Assembly (NCBI GenBank): GCA_951812955.1
Contig: OX638340.1
Coordinates: forward strand, 3,136,001-3,200,000
DNA length: 64,000 bases
Reading direction: 5' to 3'
Source: an uncultured Gemmatimonadota bacterium
GTDB taxonomy: Bacteria > JAAXHH01
Shown here: positions 11,385 to 20,994 of the stretch, in pieces
Numbering within the stretch: position 1 is the first letter of the stretch
How the letters are laid out: each line of letters begins with the position of its first letter
Program-made: the position numbers and the translations under genes
The notes under the pieces: generated by a model
The model's database searches: none
Seen by the model: the letters and a program-made list of their open reading frames with translations, nothing else
What the model was told of the DNA's origin: nothing

Positions 11385-12388
11385 TCCCGCGCCTAGGTGC
11401 CGTCGGGGTAGACAAGGCGGGTTATTCGGCTAGACAGATCATGGACGTATGTGAACGTCTTGTCACCGGTCAGGCCGTCGATTTCGACCTGCTTGACGCG
11501 CACGTTGCCGAGATGGTCGTAGGCGTACAGGTAGCTGACCTCGGCGGCCGGGTCAGCGTCGGTATTCTCCTCGACCTTTGCAAGGCGCCCCTGGGCGTAG
11601 TTGGGACCGCCACCCGCGATGGCATCGTTGTCTGCGGCATCGCCGTCGTCGTAGGTCATGCGGCTTCGCCACGAGGTGTTGTCGCGTTCGAAGGGGTAGG
11701 TTGCTCTCCGGATCGAGGGAGGCGAACGTGGCCGTCGCCTCGCCCACGCGCGTTACGCGGCCGAAGTCGTCGTAGATTTTGAAGGTGATTTTCTCGGTGG
11801 CGTTGCCCGTGCCTGCAGCCTTCTGCCGCGTGTCCTGTGAAAAACGCACGCGGCCCAGGTCGTCGTACTTGTAGCGGACAGGTCCGTCGGCATCGGGGTG
11901 ATGCCTGGAGGTCATGCGCCCCAGGGTGTCGTAGGCATAGCGCGAGGTGCCGCCGCCCGGCATGGTTGTCGAGACGAGGCGGTCCAGGGCGTCGTAGACA
12001 AAGGACGTTTTGTTGTTCCTGGTGGCGGCACTCGTACCCGCCGAGTCGGCTATGGCATAGCGCATGCGTCCATAGGCGTCGTAGACGCTGGTGGTCAGGA
12101 CCCCCTTTTCGTCGTCTACAGTCCGAAATGAGCGTCCCTGGCCGGACTCGATACCCCAGTTCCCGTAGCGTGAATCGACCGCGTTATCCTGTGTATGCCC
12201 GGGCGGTATGACGCGGGAGACCCTCAGCAGGGGGTCGTCGTCGTAGGAGACTTGAGTGATGCGTTCTGCCGCGTCTGCGCTGGCCAGGGCGCCGTAGGTA
12301 TGCGAAGGCGACAGGTACGCGGGTCCGAGCAGCGTATCGGGTTTATTGACGCGGTTGTAGTTCGTCTGGGTGACGATGTCGTTTGCGC
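11385..12388 (-). pseudogene. truncated, frameshifted RHS/YD-repeat fragment, copy of the core region of the main rhs gene
   Basis: ORFs 11553..12401 and 11393..11659 in two frames are near-identical to aa ~1440-1770 of the 20995..28107 protein. Homology breaks at ~12388 upstream and ~11385 downstream. No toxin tip. Confidence 0.75.
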
Positions 12389-13002
12389 CGGCTCGACGCA
12401 TGCAGCAGAAGATGCACCGACTGGGCTATGGATTGGAACCTCGATGCCAGCCTGACCCTGAATGTTATGGACTACAAACCACTGGCCGAATTCGAACGGA
12501 GGTTAACACGCATTAAGACAGTAGCTTAACTACTTGTCCCATTTTTGGGTGCACTACATGTCATTGCCATATACACGCCTGAAGGTCCGCAACGTGATCC
12601 CCTTGTTGGTAGGACCGCCGGGGTCGTTGGGATGATCTACGTATCCACCCTCATGGACTAATACATGTTCGAGGGATGGGGAGAAATTGGGTTTCATATT
12701 GGTTTCTGAATCCCTTTCGGTGGTGTGTTCTGCATTTGTTTAACCTCTGGTTACCTACACAGATGGTGTTTATAGTGCATTTCCCTCATTTATCACAGTT
12801 CCCGCTCATATGCAAACTCGCACACACCAATTCCCTTTGGGAAGGAGTTGATCGACGTTAACCGATCTTCTCAAAATTCGAACATGGAGGTCAGGCCAAC
12901 TTCATCGCATTAACGTCAGAAATACGTTTTTAACCGAAATACCAGATTCGGACTGTCGCATCTGGTATTTCGGAAATAAATGATAGGTATGAAAGTTCGA
13001 AG

Positions 13003-13326
13003 TTATAAGTCTATTAAGCCAAAAAGACGGAAAAAGCTGATTAGGTTGAAGAAAAAAGTACCAATTCCTGTTGTTACGATTAAAATTTTGGTACCTATGT
13101 CCTGTTTATCCCAGTGCTTTATGTCCTTCCAATAGGATAACATAACTAAATTGGCTATCACAGTTACTGTATAGATTGTATCTAACCCATACGCATCTAT
13201 AATGTCACCAAGGTATTCTGACAGAGTCTCCTTAGTATCCCGATAAGGGTTCCCACCGCTCCAAATGCTCCTAAGCAAAACTATCACCCCTACCAATGCC
13301 AGCACTCTACTTACTAATTTCGTCAT
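13003..13326 (-). CDS. small polytopic membrane protein, candidate immunity protein for the orphan Rhs-CT toxin at 13356..15644
   Basis: 3-4 predicted TM helices. Low-GC. Lies immediately 3' of the toxin tip. Confidence 0.45.
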   Translation of the reverse strand: MTKLVSRVLALVGVIVLLRSIWSGGNPYRDTKETLSEYLGDIIDAYGLDTIYTVTVIANLVMLSYWKDIKHWDKQDIGTKILIVTTGIGTFFFNLISFFRLFGLIDL

Positions 13327-13355
13327 CTAATGTATTTCCTAGGTTGTAGGGTTGC

Positions 13356-15644
13356 TTAGCGCTCATCGTCATCTGGAATAACCGTTTTTGCTGCTTCCTT
13401 CGCCGTATCGTACGATCCACCCTTCCGATCCGATACGAATTCTCCAGTCTTGGCATCACGATATCTCGGTCCGGTGCCATTAAAAGACGTAGGTTTTATT
13501 CTAAGCCTCGAAATGACATTTAACGTTCTCGAGGTTACCATGTTTAATAAGGTAGCCCTAATTTGGTCTGTGGCTCTTTGGGATGAGCCTTCGAAAAACA
13601 GGGCATCTGCTGTTAGTGCAAACGTTTTTGTTATATCTGCACCTGTACCTATAACTGCCGAGGCTCTTACAGAGCCTAACGATCCTGCCGTTATAAAAGG
13701 ATTCCCTGAAACCAAACCCGCACCGGCACCAACTAAACCACCAGCCACACCGTAATCTGCTCCTGCCGAAACAGCATCGCTAGCTACAATGCTAGTCTGT
13801 ATAGCTTCCTGGATCGCGTCTACTGCAGCAAACCTTAATGTACGAATCTCCGATGCTATTTTTGCATAGAGGTAGTGATGCGGCTCATGATGGCTATTTC
13901 CATCCGGATCCACATACTTGAGCGGATTGTTGTTGGCATAGGCATAGGGGCTCAATCCCGGGTACTCGCCCTGCATGGGATCGGGTCTTAAGAACCTGCC
14001 TATATCGTTAGCGTACGACCTTGCGAGCATGTAGTCAAGGCCGGACTCTGAGTCTCTCTCGTGCCCGGTGAACCGGAAATGCGTGGAACCCGTGCCACTC
14101 AATGCCAAAACCTTGCCGTAGGGCCAGTAGTCGTAGATGGCGGTGACTGTGCCTTCCTCATCCACGAGGCTTCTGGTGCTTCCGAGATGATCGGTCAGGT
14201 AGTAGCTTGCGCTACTTCCTGCTATCCGCGCTATTCTTCTGCTGCCCGCGTACACGTACCTTGCAGATAGCATCTGGCCTGAGTATTCGGCGAGTACGCT
14301 GCCGTCCGCTCCCCGCAGGTAGTAGGTGACGGCCGTTCCGACGGTTTTCTTCACGCGCCGTCGGTCCGGATCCATGAGATACCGTGCGCTGCCGTAGCCG
14401 GTGGTAAGCCCGCGGTAGTCGTAGCTCACCGTATCGGCGCCCCTTCGCGTCATCCACCCGTTTTGGTTGTAGGCGTAGATCTGCCCTCCCGTGCCGGTCG
14501 TGCTGTCCAGCCTGTTGGGTGTGGAGGATGCCGAGTAGTTGTAGGTGAGCGTGGTAGTACCTGTGACCAGGCTGGTGATATTGCCGTTCCTGTCGTAGGC
14601 GTAATCCTGCGAGGCACCGCCCGACGCGTCGAAGCCGGTGATCCGGTACAGGTCGTCGTAGGCGTAGTCCGCGGTCTTGGACGCCGCGGTGCCGTGCCGG
14701 TACACCTGCCTGGTGACGTTGCCCACGTGGTCGTAGGTGAGCGTAGACCTGAACGTGCCTGCATAGTTCAGGTCGGTGACCCATTCCCGCGCGTTGTAGG
14801 TGTAGGATCCGGTGATGGCGCCGTCTCCCGCGCCATCTCCCACTCCGTCGCCCACGGTGTGGGTGGCGATATTGCCCGCTGCGGTGTGGGTGTAAGCGAC
14901 CAGGGTCTTGCCTTGCGCATCCCACACGCGGCTGAGCCGCCCGGCGCTGTCGTAGGCGTAGCGCGCCTGGCTGCCGTCGGGGTAGATCAGGCGGGTTACG
15001 CGCCCGGCCAGGTCGTGGAGGTATGTGAGCGTCTTGTCGCCGGCCAGGCCGTCGATTTCGACCTGCTTGACACGCACGTTGCCGAGATGGTCGTAGGCGT
15101 AATGATGGATGACCTCGGTCGCCGCATCCGCGTCGGTATTCTCCTCGACGTTGGTCAGGCGCCCCTGGGCGTAGTTGGGCCCGTCGCCTGCGGCATCGCC
15201 GTCGTCGTAGGTCATGCGGCTGCGCCAGGAGGTGGCATCGGTCTCGAAGGGGTAGGTGCTATCGGGATCGAGGGAGGCGAACGTGGCCGTCGCCTCGCCC
15301 ACGCGCGTTACGCGCCCGAAGGCATCGTACACGGTGTAGGTAACCTTGCCGGTGCCGGCAGCGCGCTGCCGCGCGTCCTGTGAAAAACGCACGCGGCCCA
15401 GGTCGTCGTACTTGTATTGCGTGGCCCCGTCGGCATCGGGGTGATGCCTGGAGGTCATGCGCCCCAGGGTGTCGTAGGCATAGCGCGAGGTGCCGCCGCC
15501 CGGCATGGTGGTCGAGGTGAGTCGGTCCAGGGCGTCGTAGGCGAAGGATGTTTTGTTGTTGCGGGTAGCAGCGTCCGTGCCCGCCGAGTCGGCTATGGCA
15601 TAGCGCATGCGGCCGTAGGCGTCGTAGACGCTGGCGGTTGCCAC
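13356..15644 (-). CDS. orphan RHS C-terminal cassette (YD repeats + DPDG switch + glycine-zipper-rich toxin tip)
   Basis: Near-identical to the main rhs through YANNNPLKYVDPDG, then a unique ~190-aa C-terminus with GVAGGLVGAGAGLVSG. Homology continues upstream to ~15848, where an in-frame TAG sits. Confidence 0.75.
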   Translation of the reverse strand: MATASVYDAYGRMRYAIADSAGTDAATRNNKTSFAYDALDRLTSTTMPGGGTSRYAYDTLGRMTSRHHPDADGATQYKYDDLGRVRFSQDARQRAAGTGKVTYTVYDAFGRVTRVGEATATFASLDPDSTYPFETDATSWRSRMTYDDGDAAGDGPNYAQGRLTNVEENTDADAATEVIHHYAYDHLGNVRVKQVEIDGLAGDKTLTYLHDLAGRVTRLIYPDGSQARYAYDSAGRLSRVWDAQGKTLVAYTHTAAGNIATHTVGDGVGDGAGDGAITGSYTYNAREWVTDLNYAGTFRSTLTYDHVGNVTRQVYRHGTAASKTADYAYDDLYRITGFDASGGASQDYAYDRNGNITSLVTGTTTLTYNYSASSTPNRLDSTTGTGGQIYAYNQNGWMTRRGADTVSYDYRGLTTGYGSARYLMDPDRRRVKKTVGTAVTYYLRGADGSVLAEYSGQMLSARYVYAGSRRIARIAGSSASYYLTDHLGSTRSLVDEEGTVTAIYDYWPYGKVLALSGTGSTHFRFTGHERDSESGLDYMLARSYANDIGRFLRPDPMQGEYPGLSPYAYANNNPLKYVDPDGNSHHEPHHYLYAKIASEIRTLRFAAVDAIQEAIQTSIVASDAVSAGADYGVAGGLVGAGAGLVSGNPFITAGSLGSVRASAVIGTGADITKTFALTADALFFEGSSQRATDQIRATLLNMVTSRTLNVISRLRIKPTSFNGTGPRYRDAKTGEFVSDRKGGSYDTAKEAAKTVIPDDDER

Positions 15645-16367
15645 GCCCTTCTCATCGTCTACGGTCCGGAACGACCGTCCCTGGCCGGACTCGGTGCCCC
15701 AGTTCCCGTAGCGTGAATCGACCGCGTTATCCTGTGTATGCCCGGGTGGTATGACGCGGGAGATCCTCAGCAGGGGGTCGTCGTCGTAGGTGGTCTGGAT
15801 GATGCGTTCTGCAGCGTCTGCGCGGGCCAGGGCGCCGTAGGTATGCTAGGCGGCCGGTGCACAGACCTGAGGACGTGCTTGGGAAGGCTCGTCCGGTTGT
15901 ATCTCGATCGGGCTTCTACATCGCCGGCGCCAGACCCAACTCTGGTCTGTATACAGAGCGCCAGGGTCTATAATCCGCCTGGTACAGTATCAGCCACATA
16001 GGCGAAGTCTGTTGCACAGAACAAGACATCGTCGGTCCACCAATGGTCATGACCGGCCGTATCATTACGGACAGACCGACCTATGAGACTGTATAGAGGC
16101 ACACCGAGGTCGTTTATGATGTTCTGATGTTTTCATTTGTGAGCCTTCTGCATTTACTCTCAACTGACCACCGACAAAAGTGAAACCGGGCTTGCCACGA
16201 CACCTGATCTACCAAAACAGTGGGTTTAGCCAGACCGGAAGAATCCATTGAGTACGGTACCTATAAAACAACTCTGTCCTTGCTTCAAAATAACACAGGA
16301 CCTGGACAAGCTGCGTTCCTATCAACAGCAGGCAACAACCTGTCCAGGAACCCGGCATATACCCAAC

Positions 16368-17036
16368 CTATTGCGGAAAATGTCGTTGATCGAACGTGAC
16401 GGACCAACTCCCTTCTGCCCAACTTTTTGGCGATAGCTTGACTGTTGTATCATTGATCCACTGCAATGCACCAAAGTACTTATCAAATACAAACTCGTCA
16501 GGCATATCCGTAACAACAAGGACCCTGTCTAGAATCTCTTTGGAACGGTTTCTGAGCTGGATGTAAATCCGGATCTCTTCGATTTCGTGTTCGACGAAGA
16601 CCTCGGCGACAAGGCGCCTTCCATTTCTCCACCAGACGCGTTTCCGCCAGGTCCACTGATTCACAAAGTTAAGGTCCAAGACCGCTTGCCGGGCTTTCTC
16701 GTATGGCTCAATGTCCCATCCATAAGCCCGCGTCACGATCTCGATGCCCCGGAATAACCAATTCAATGCCTTGTGTTTCTTCTCATATGCGCTGAGTTCA
16801 AAGAAGGCCAATGGATCATCCTTGATTTGTAGCTCGAGACATCCAAGCATGTCTAGTACATTCTGCCTTTTTGGCTGTGGCACGATAAAGACCGATATCT
16901 TCCATGCTTTTCCTGACTCACGAGGTGGTGTGAAATGCCTCTGGAACAAGGCGAGTACTGATCGTGTCTCATTTACAAATCGATGACTAGTCCACCACTC
17001 TAGTTTGGGTGCGTATAGACCAAACTGTCTTATCAT
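16368..17036 (-). CDS. hypothetical protein, candidate immunity protein for orphan Rhs-CT 2
   Basis: Low-GC 222-aa ORF directly 3' of the toxin tip at 17062. Confidence 0.4.
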   Translation of the reverse strand: MIRQFGLYAPKLEWWTSHRFVNETRSVLALFQRHFTPPRESGKAWKISVFIVPQPKRQNVLDMLGCLELQIKDDPLAFFELSAYEKKHKALNWLFRGIEIVTRAYGWDIEPYEKARQAVLDLNFVNQWTWRKRVWWRNGRRLVAEVFVEHEIEEIRIYIQLRNRSKEILDRVLVVTDMPDEFVFDKYFGALQWINDTTVKLSPKSWAEGSWSVTFDQRHFPQ

Positions 17037-17061
17037 GATTTCTCCTGGGGTTGGACTTCGG

Positions 17062-18918
17062 TCAGGGTTGCTGCTGCCTAATTAACTTTTGTCCTTCACT
17101 ACGCAATCGGTCCGAAGCTGCCTTCTCGGCCTCAAGCGCGGCCTGTCGCCCCGGAACATCGGTTTCAACTATCCGTGCCGAATAGGTTCCAGCCCCCTCT
17201 TGGCGGTTGAACGCATTTACCTGCGTGTTCGCACGGGGTGATGTACCGTCTACGTTAAGCGGCCTACCACTGATTCCCGTTTTGACCACATCACCAGTTT
17301 CTGTGTTGTAGATTTCGTATCGATGTTGCGGCTTGGTACTGAGTTTCGAGTTACCATGAATCGCGCTTCTAGCAGCGTCCGCCGCGTCGGCGCCTTGATC
17401 TGCCGCACGAGTTCCTCGTAGTACTTTAATGAGCGTACCGGCACCACCTGGCACGCCTGGAGCAATGGTTGCCGCCACATCCACGACGAGGCCGACCGCA
17501 TCAAGTGCTGCCCAACCGTAACTGCCCTAGCGGATATTCTGAGCCAGCGACGCCGCACCAATCCCGATGTTGACGACATCCCAGATTGTCTCGGCGGCTC
17601 TTCCATCCGGATCCACATACTTGAGCGGATTGTTGTTCGCATAGGCATATGGACTGATCCCCGGATACTCGCCCTGCATGGGATCGGGCCGCAGGAACCT
17701 GCCGACATCATAAGCGTACGACCTTGCGAGCATGTAGTCAAGGCTGGACTCTGAGTCTCTCTCGTGGCCGGTGAACCGGAAGTGCGTTGAGCCGGTGCCG
17801 CTCAAGGCCAGAACCTTGCCGTAGGGCCAGTAGTCGTAGGCGGCGGTGACGGCGCCTTCCTCATCCACGAGGCTTCTGGTGCTTCCGAGATGATCGGCCA
17901 GGTAGTAACTTGCGCTGTCTCCCGCTATTCGGGCGATCCGCCTGCTGCCGGCGTACACGTACCTGGCAGAGAGCGTCTGACCCGAGTATTCGGCCAGGAC
18001 GCTGCCGTCTGCGCCGCGCAGGTAGTAGGTGACGGCGGTCCCGACGGTCTTCTTCACGCGCCGTCTGTCGGGATCCATGAGATACCGTGCGCTGCCGTAG
18101 CCGGTGGTAAGCCCGCGGTAGTCGTAGCTCACCGTATCGGCGCCCCTTCGCGTCATCCACCCGTTGGGGTTATAGGCGTAGATCTGCCCTCCCGTACCGG
18201 TGGTGCTGTCCAGCCGGTTGAGTGTGGAGGCGGACGTGTAGTTGTAGGTGAGCGTACTGGTACCTGTGACCAGGCTGGTGATATTTCCGTTCCTGTCGTA
18301 GGCGTAGTCCCGGCTCGCGCTGCCCGACACGTCGAAGTCCGTGATCCGGTACAGGTCGTCGTAATCGTAGTCCGCGGTTATGGACGCGGCGCTGCCGTGC
18401 CGGTGCACCTGCCTGGTGACGTTGCCCGCGGGATCGTAGGTGAGCGCGGACTTAAACTTACCCGCATAGTTCAGGTCGGTGACCCATTCCCGCGCGTTGT
18501 AAGTGTAAGCACCAATGACGATGCCGTCTCCCGCGCCATCTCCCACTCCGTCGCCCACGGTGTGGGTGGCGATGTTGCCCGCTGCGGTATGGGTGTATGC
18601 TGCCAGGGTTTTGCCTTGCGCATCCCACACGCGGCTGAGCCGCCCGGCGCTGTCGTAGGCGTAGCGCGCCTGGCTGCCGTCGGGGTAGATCAGGCGGGTT
18701 ACCCGCCCAGCCAGGTCATGGACGTATTCCAGCGTCCTGGCGCCGGTGAGGCCATCGATGGTCACCTGCTTGACGCGCACGTTGCCCAGGTGATCGTAGG
18801 CGTAGAGGTGGGTGACCTCGGCGGTCGCGTCGACGTCGGTGTTCTCCTCGACTTTGGTCAGACGCCCCTGGGCGTAGTTGGGTCCGCTGGAGACGGCATC
18901 GCCGCCGTCGTAGGTCAT
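17062..18918 (-). pseudogene. orphan RHS C-terminal cassette 2, interrupted by an in-frame TAG at 17527-17529; toxin tip possibly GIY-YIG-like
   Basis: ORFs 17527..18918 and 17062..17484 are in the same frame, separated by a single amber codon. RHS homology through VDPDG, then a unique tip containing HRYEIYNTETGDVVKTGIS. Confidence 0.7.
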
Positions 18919-19291
18919 GCGGCTGCGCCAGGAGGTGTTGTCGGGGTGACGCGGATGAGGCCGTGTTTACTCGGAGTAATTGGGCTTGCTAGGAGCGGAT
19001 AGTGAGTAAAGCACTTACCTAGTATGTCGCCTTTGCATGCGACGGGTCCAATCCGACCGGCTACCGTTGCGTCGAAGGCGGCCTGAAGCCACTCAGTCGT
19101 TCAGCCTTGTCCTAAATTGTCAGCATGATTTGCTGAGATTGGTTTTCTTGATTCTCTACAACAAATGTCTGACGCTCAATTCTCATTGTAGCATCTGTCT
19201 ATCCAACGTAGCAACTATGAACTCCATCGAATAAACCATTCAAACATCCAAGCCGACGTACCTACAGGACATTGTTAGTCCGTTCAGAAGC

Positions 19292-20170
19292 CTAAGGATC
19301 TATGTCGTCAAGGCGTATGTCTGTCGATCTAACCGATACCGTTCTCAATTTCGGACTGTCCCTGTTGCCAATTTCATATGTCCACTCTTTGTGCAGATAC
19401 ATCGTATCATGACCGGTTCCCATATCCAGTTCTTCAGTCTCACATCGCCCTACAAGCGTATCATCGGTTAACTCGTATTCATTTGAAAGCAGCCTGAAAT
19501 CTCGCGGATGCCCCTTATACTGCGTTAGCTGAATCCAATCAGCTACAAACTCGTCGACACTTTCTCGGCTTTGCTTGGGAACATGCTCAAGTTTGGGATA
19601 CTGCAATTGGTCATTATATGATACATACGCCGTTGTGTCATCTGGGGAATGGATTCTCTCCTCAAAACCGTTAAGTTTTAAAAACGCAAAGTGCTTTCCC
19701 AGATCCAACTCTTCGAAGGCTGGCCCATAATCTCTTGCTATAATTCCCAGTTTGTAAGGATAAGATTCTGGCGAATCAGGTGGGTAGGCCATATATACAT
19801 CTATCCCAATAAACTTCCGCTGTTGCAATTCACACCTGTAGTCTTTTATACGATCGAGTGTGGGAAACGACAGGCTCTCCAACTTCGTTAACGCTTCATT
19901 TATCGATCCGGGACGATCCTCTTGGATATTGTTGTTATGTTTTTCTTTTGCATTAACGGATTCATCGCGCTTGAACCAATTTCTGAGTTTAAGAATGGCT
20001 GTTTCATATTCAAAATACGCTACATAGTATCGACACAACTCAGCATATCGTCCTTCGTCTTTACTTTGATCCGATTCCTCGGCATACATATTCATTGTAA
20101 AAAAGAAGCACCATATAGATGCCACAGATAACCTTCTTGTTGAACTACTCATGTTGGTTCTTTTGTTCAT
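19292..20170 (-). CDS. secreted hypothetical protein, paralog of 20167..20979 (immunity-like)
   Basis: N-terminal hydrophobic signal. Shares DEFVADWIQLTQYKGHPRDFRLLSNEYELTDDTLVGRCETEEL with the neighbour. Low GC. Confidence 0.5.
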   Translation of the reverse strand: MNKRTNMSSSTRRLSVASIWCFFFTMNMYAEESDQSKDEGRYAELCRYYVAYFEYETAILKLRNWFKRDESVNAKEKHNNNIQEDRPGSINEALTKLESLSFPTLDRIKDYRCELQQRKFIGIDVYMAYPPDSPESYPYKLGIIARDYGPAFEELDLGKHFAFLKLNGFEERIHSPDDTTAYVSYNDQLQYPKLEHVPKQSRESVDEFVADWIQLTQYKGHPRDFRLLSNEYELTDDTLVGRCETEELDMGTGHDTMYLHKEWTYEIGNRDSPKLRTVSVRSTDIRLDDIDP

Positions 20171-20979
20171 GGAGACACACTCGGTACTGAAGCATTGTCA
20201 TCACTCGACGATTCGCGAGTTCTATCAAACAACTCATGAAGATCATTTCGTACTTCACGTGACAGCTCTTTCAAGACCGGCGTGCCTTCATTCGGTATTT
20301 TGTACTTCCATAGTTTATATACAACAGTCCCCTTTGGAATCAACGGTCCGTGGTGTAATTCGGCTGTTGTACAAATTCCCAAAACGTCGCCGTTTTCTAA
20401 CTGATACACGTTGGATAGTATCCTGAAAAAGTTGGGATGATCATTGAACTGCGTAAGATGAACCCAGTCCGAAACGAATTCCTCCATTTTTTTCGGATCT
20501 TCAACTGGCACGTCTTTACTACTGAAATCCAGCCAGTCGTCATATGAGAATTTAGTCAAGACCAGTCCGCCCCACGTGTTTTCTTCGTAAAACCCATAAA
20601 AGCGAACAATGTTAAATTGATCGTCTATGCCGATTTTGTACGGTTTACTATCGGATATCCCTCGTCGGACCATGAATACATCATAGGTCAGGAATCTTCG
20701 AGGTAACCTGCTAGTGGGGAAATTAAACACTTGTATGATTTCATGATCCATTGGTATAGGAATTTTACTGACCAGTGCTTCGTACATATCGGGGCGGTCC
20801 CAATTGGCGTCTTGTGATGAGTCCATCAGCGTGCGTTTCTTGTACGCGACGGTTGTCGCTAATTCAAAGAAGGCAACGTAGTGTCTAATTACCTGTGCTT
20901 TCACGCTGTATCCGATTTTCTGTTGGTCATCAGCATCGACCAACATCAGTCCCGCCAGAACACACCAGACCGCCCCCAT
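20167..20979 (-). CDS. secreted hypothetical protein, candidate cognate immunity protein of the main Rhs toxin
   Basis: Starts 16 nt after the rhs stop. Paralogous to 19292..20170 (EEFVSDWVHLTQFNDHPNFFRILSNVYQLENGDVLGICTTAEL). Confidence 0.5.
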   Translation of the reverse strand: MGAVWCVLAGLMLVDADDQQKIGYSVKAQVIRHYVAFFELATTVAYKKRTLMDSSQDANWDRPDMYEALVSKIPIPMDHEIIQVFNFPTSRLPRRFLTYDVFMVRRGISDSKPYKIGIDDQFNIVRFYGFYEENTWGGLVLTKFSYDDWLDFSSKDVPVEDPKKMEEFVSDWVHLTQFNDHPNFFRILSNVYQLENGDVLGICTTAELHHGPLIPKGTVVYKLWKYKIPNEGTPVLKELSREVRNDLHELFDRTRESSSDDNASVPSVSP

Positions 20980-20994
20980 TACTACTCACCTCCT

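Noticed and set aside
17250-17741. 163-aa minus-strand ORF in an alternative frame overlapping the orphan Rhs-CT 2
   Set aside because: Overlaps the conserved RHS frame. No independent support.
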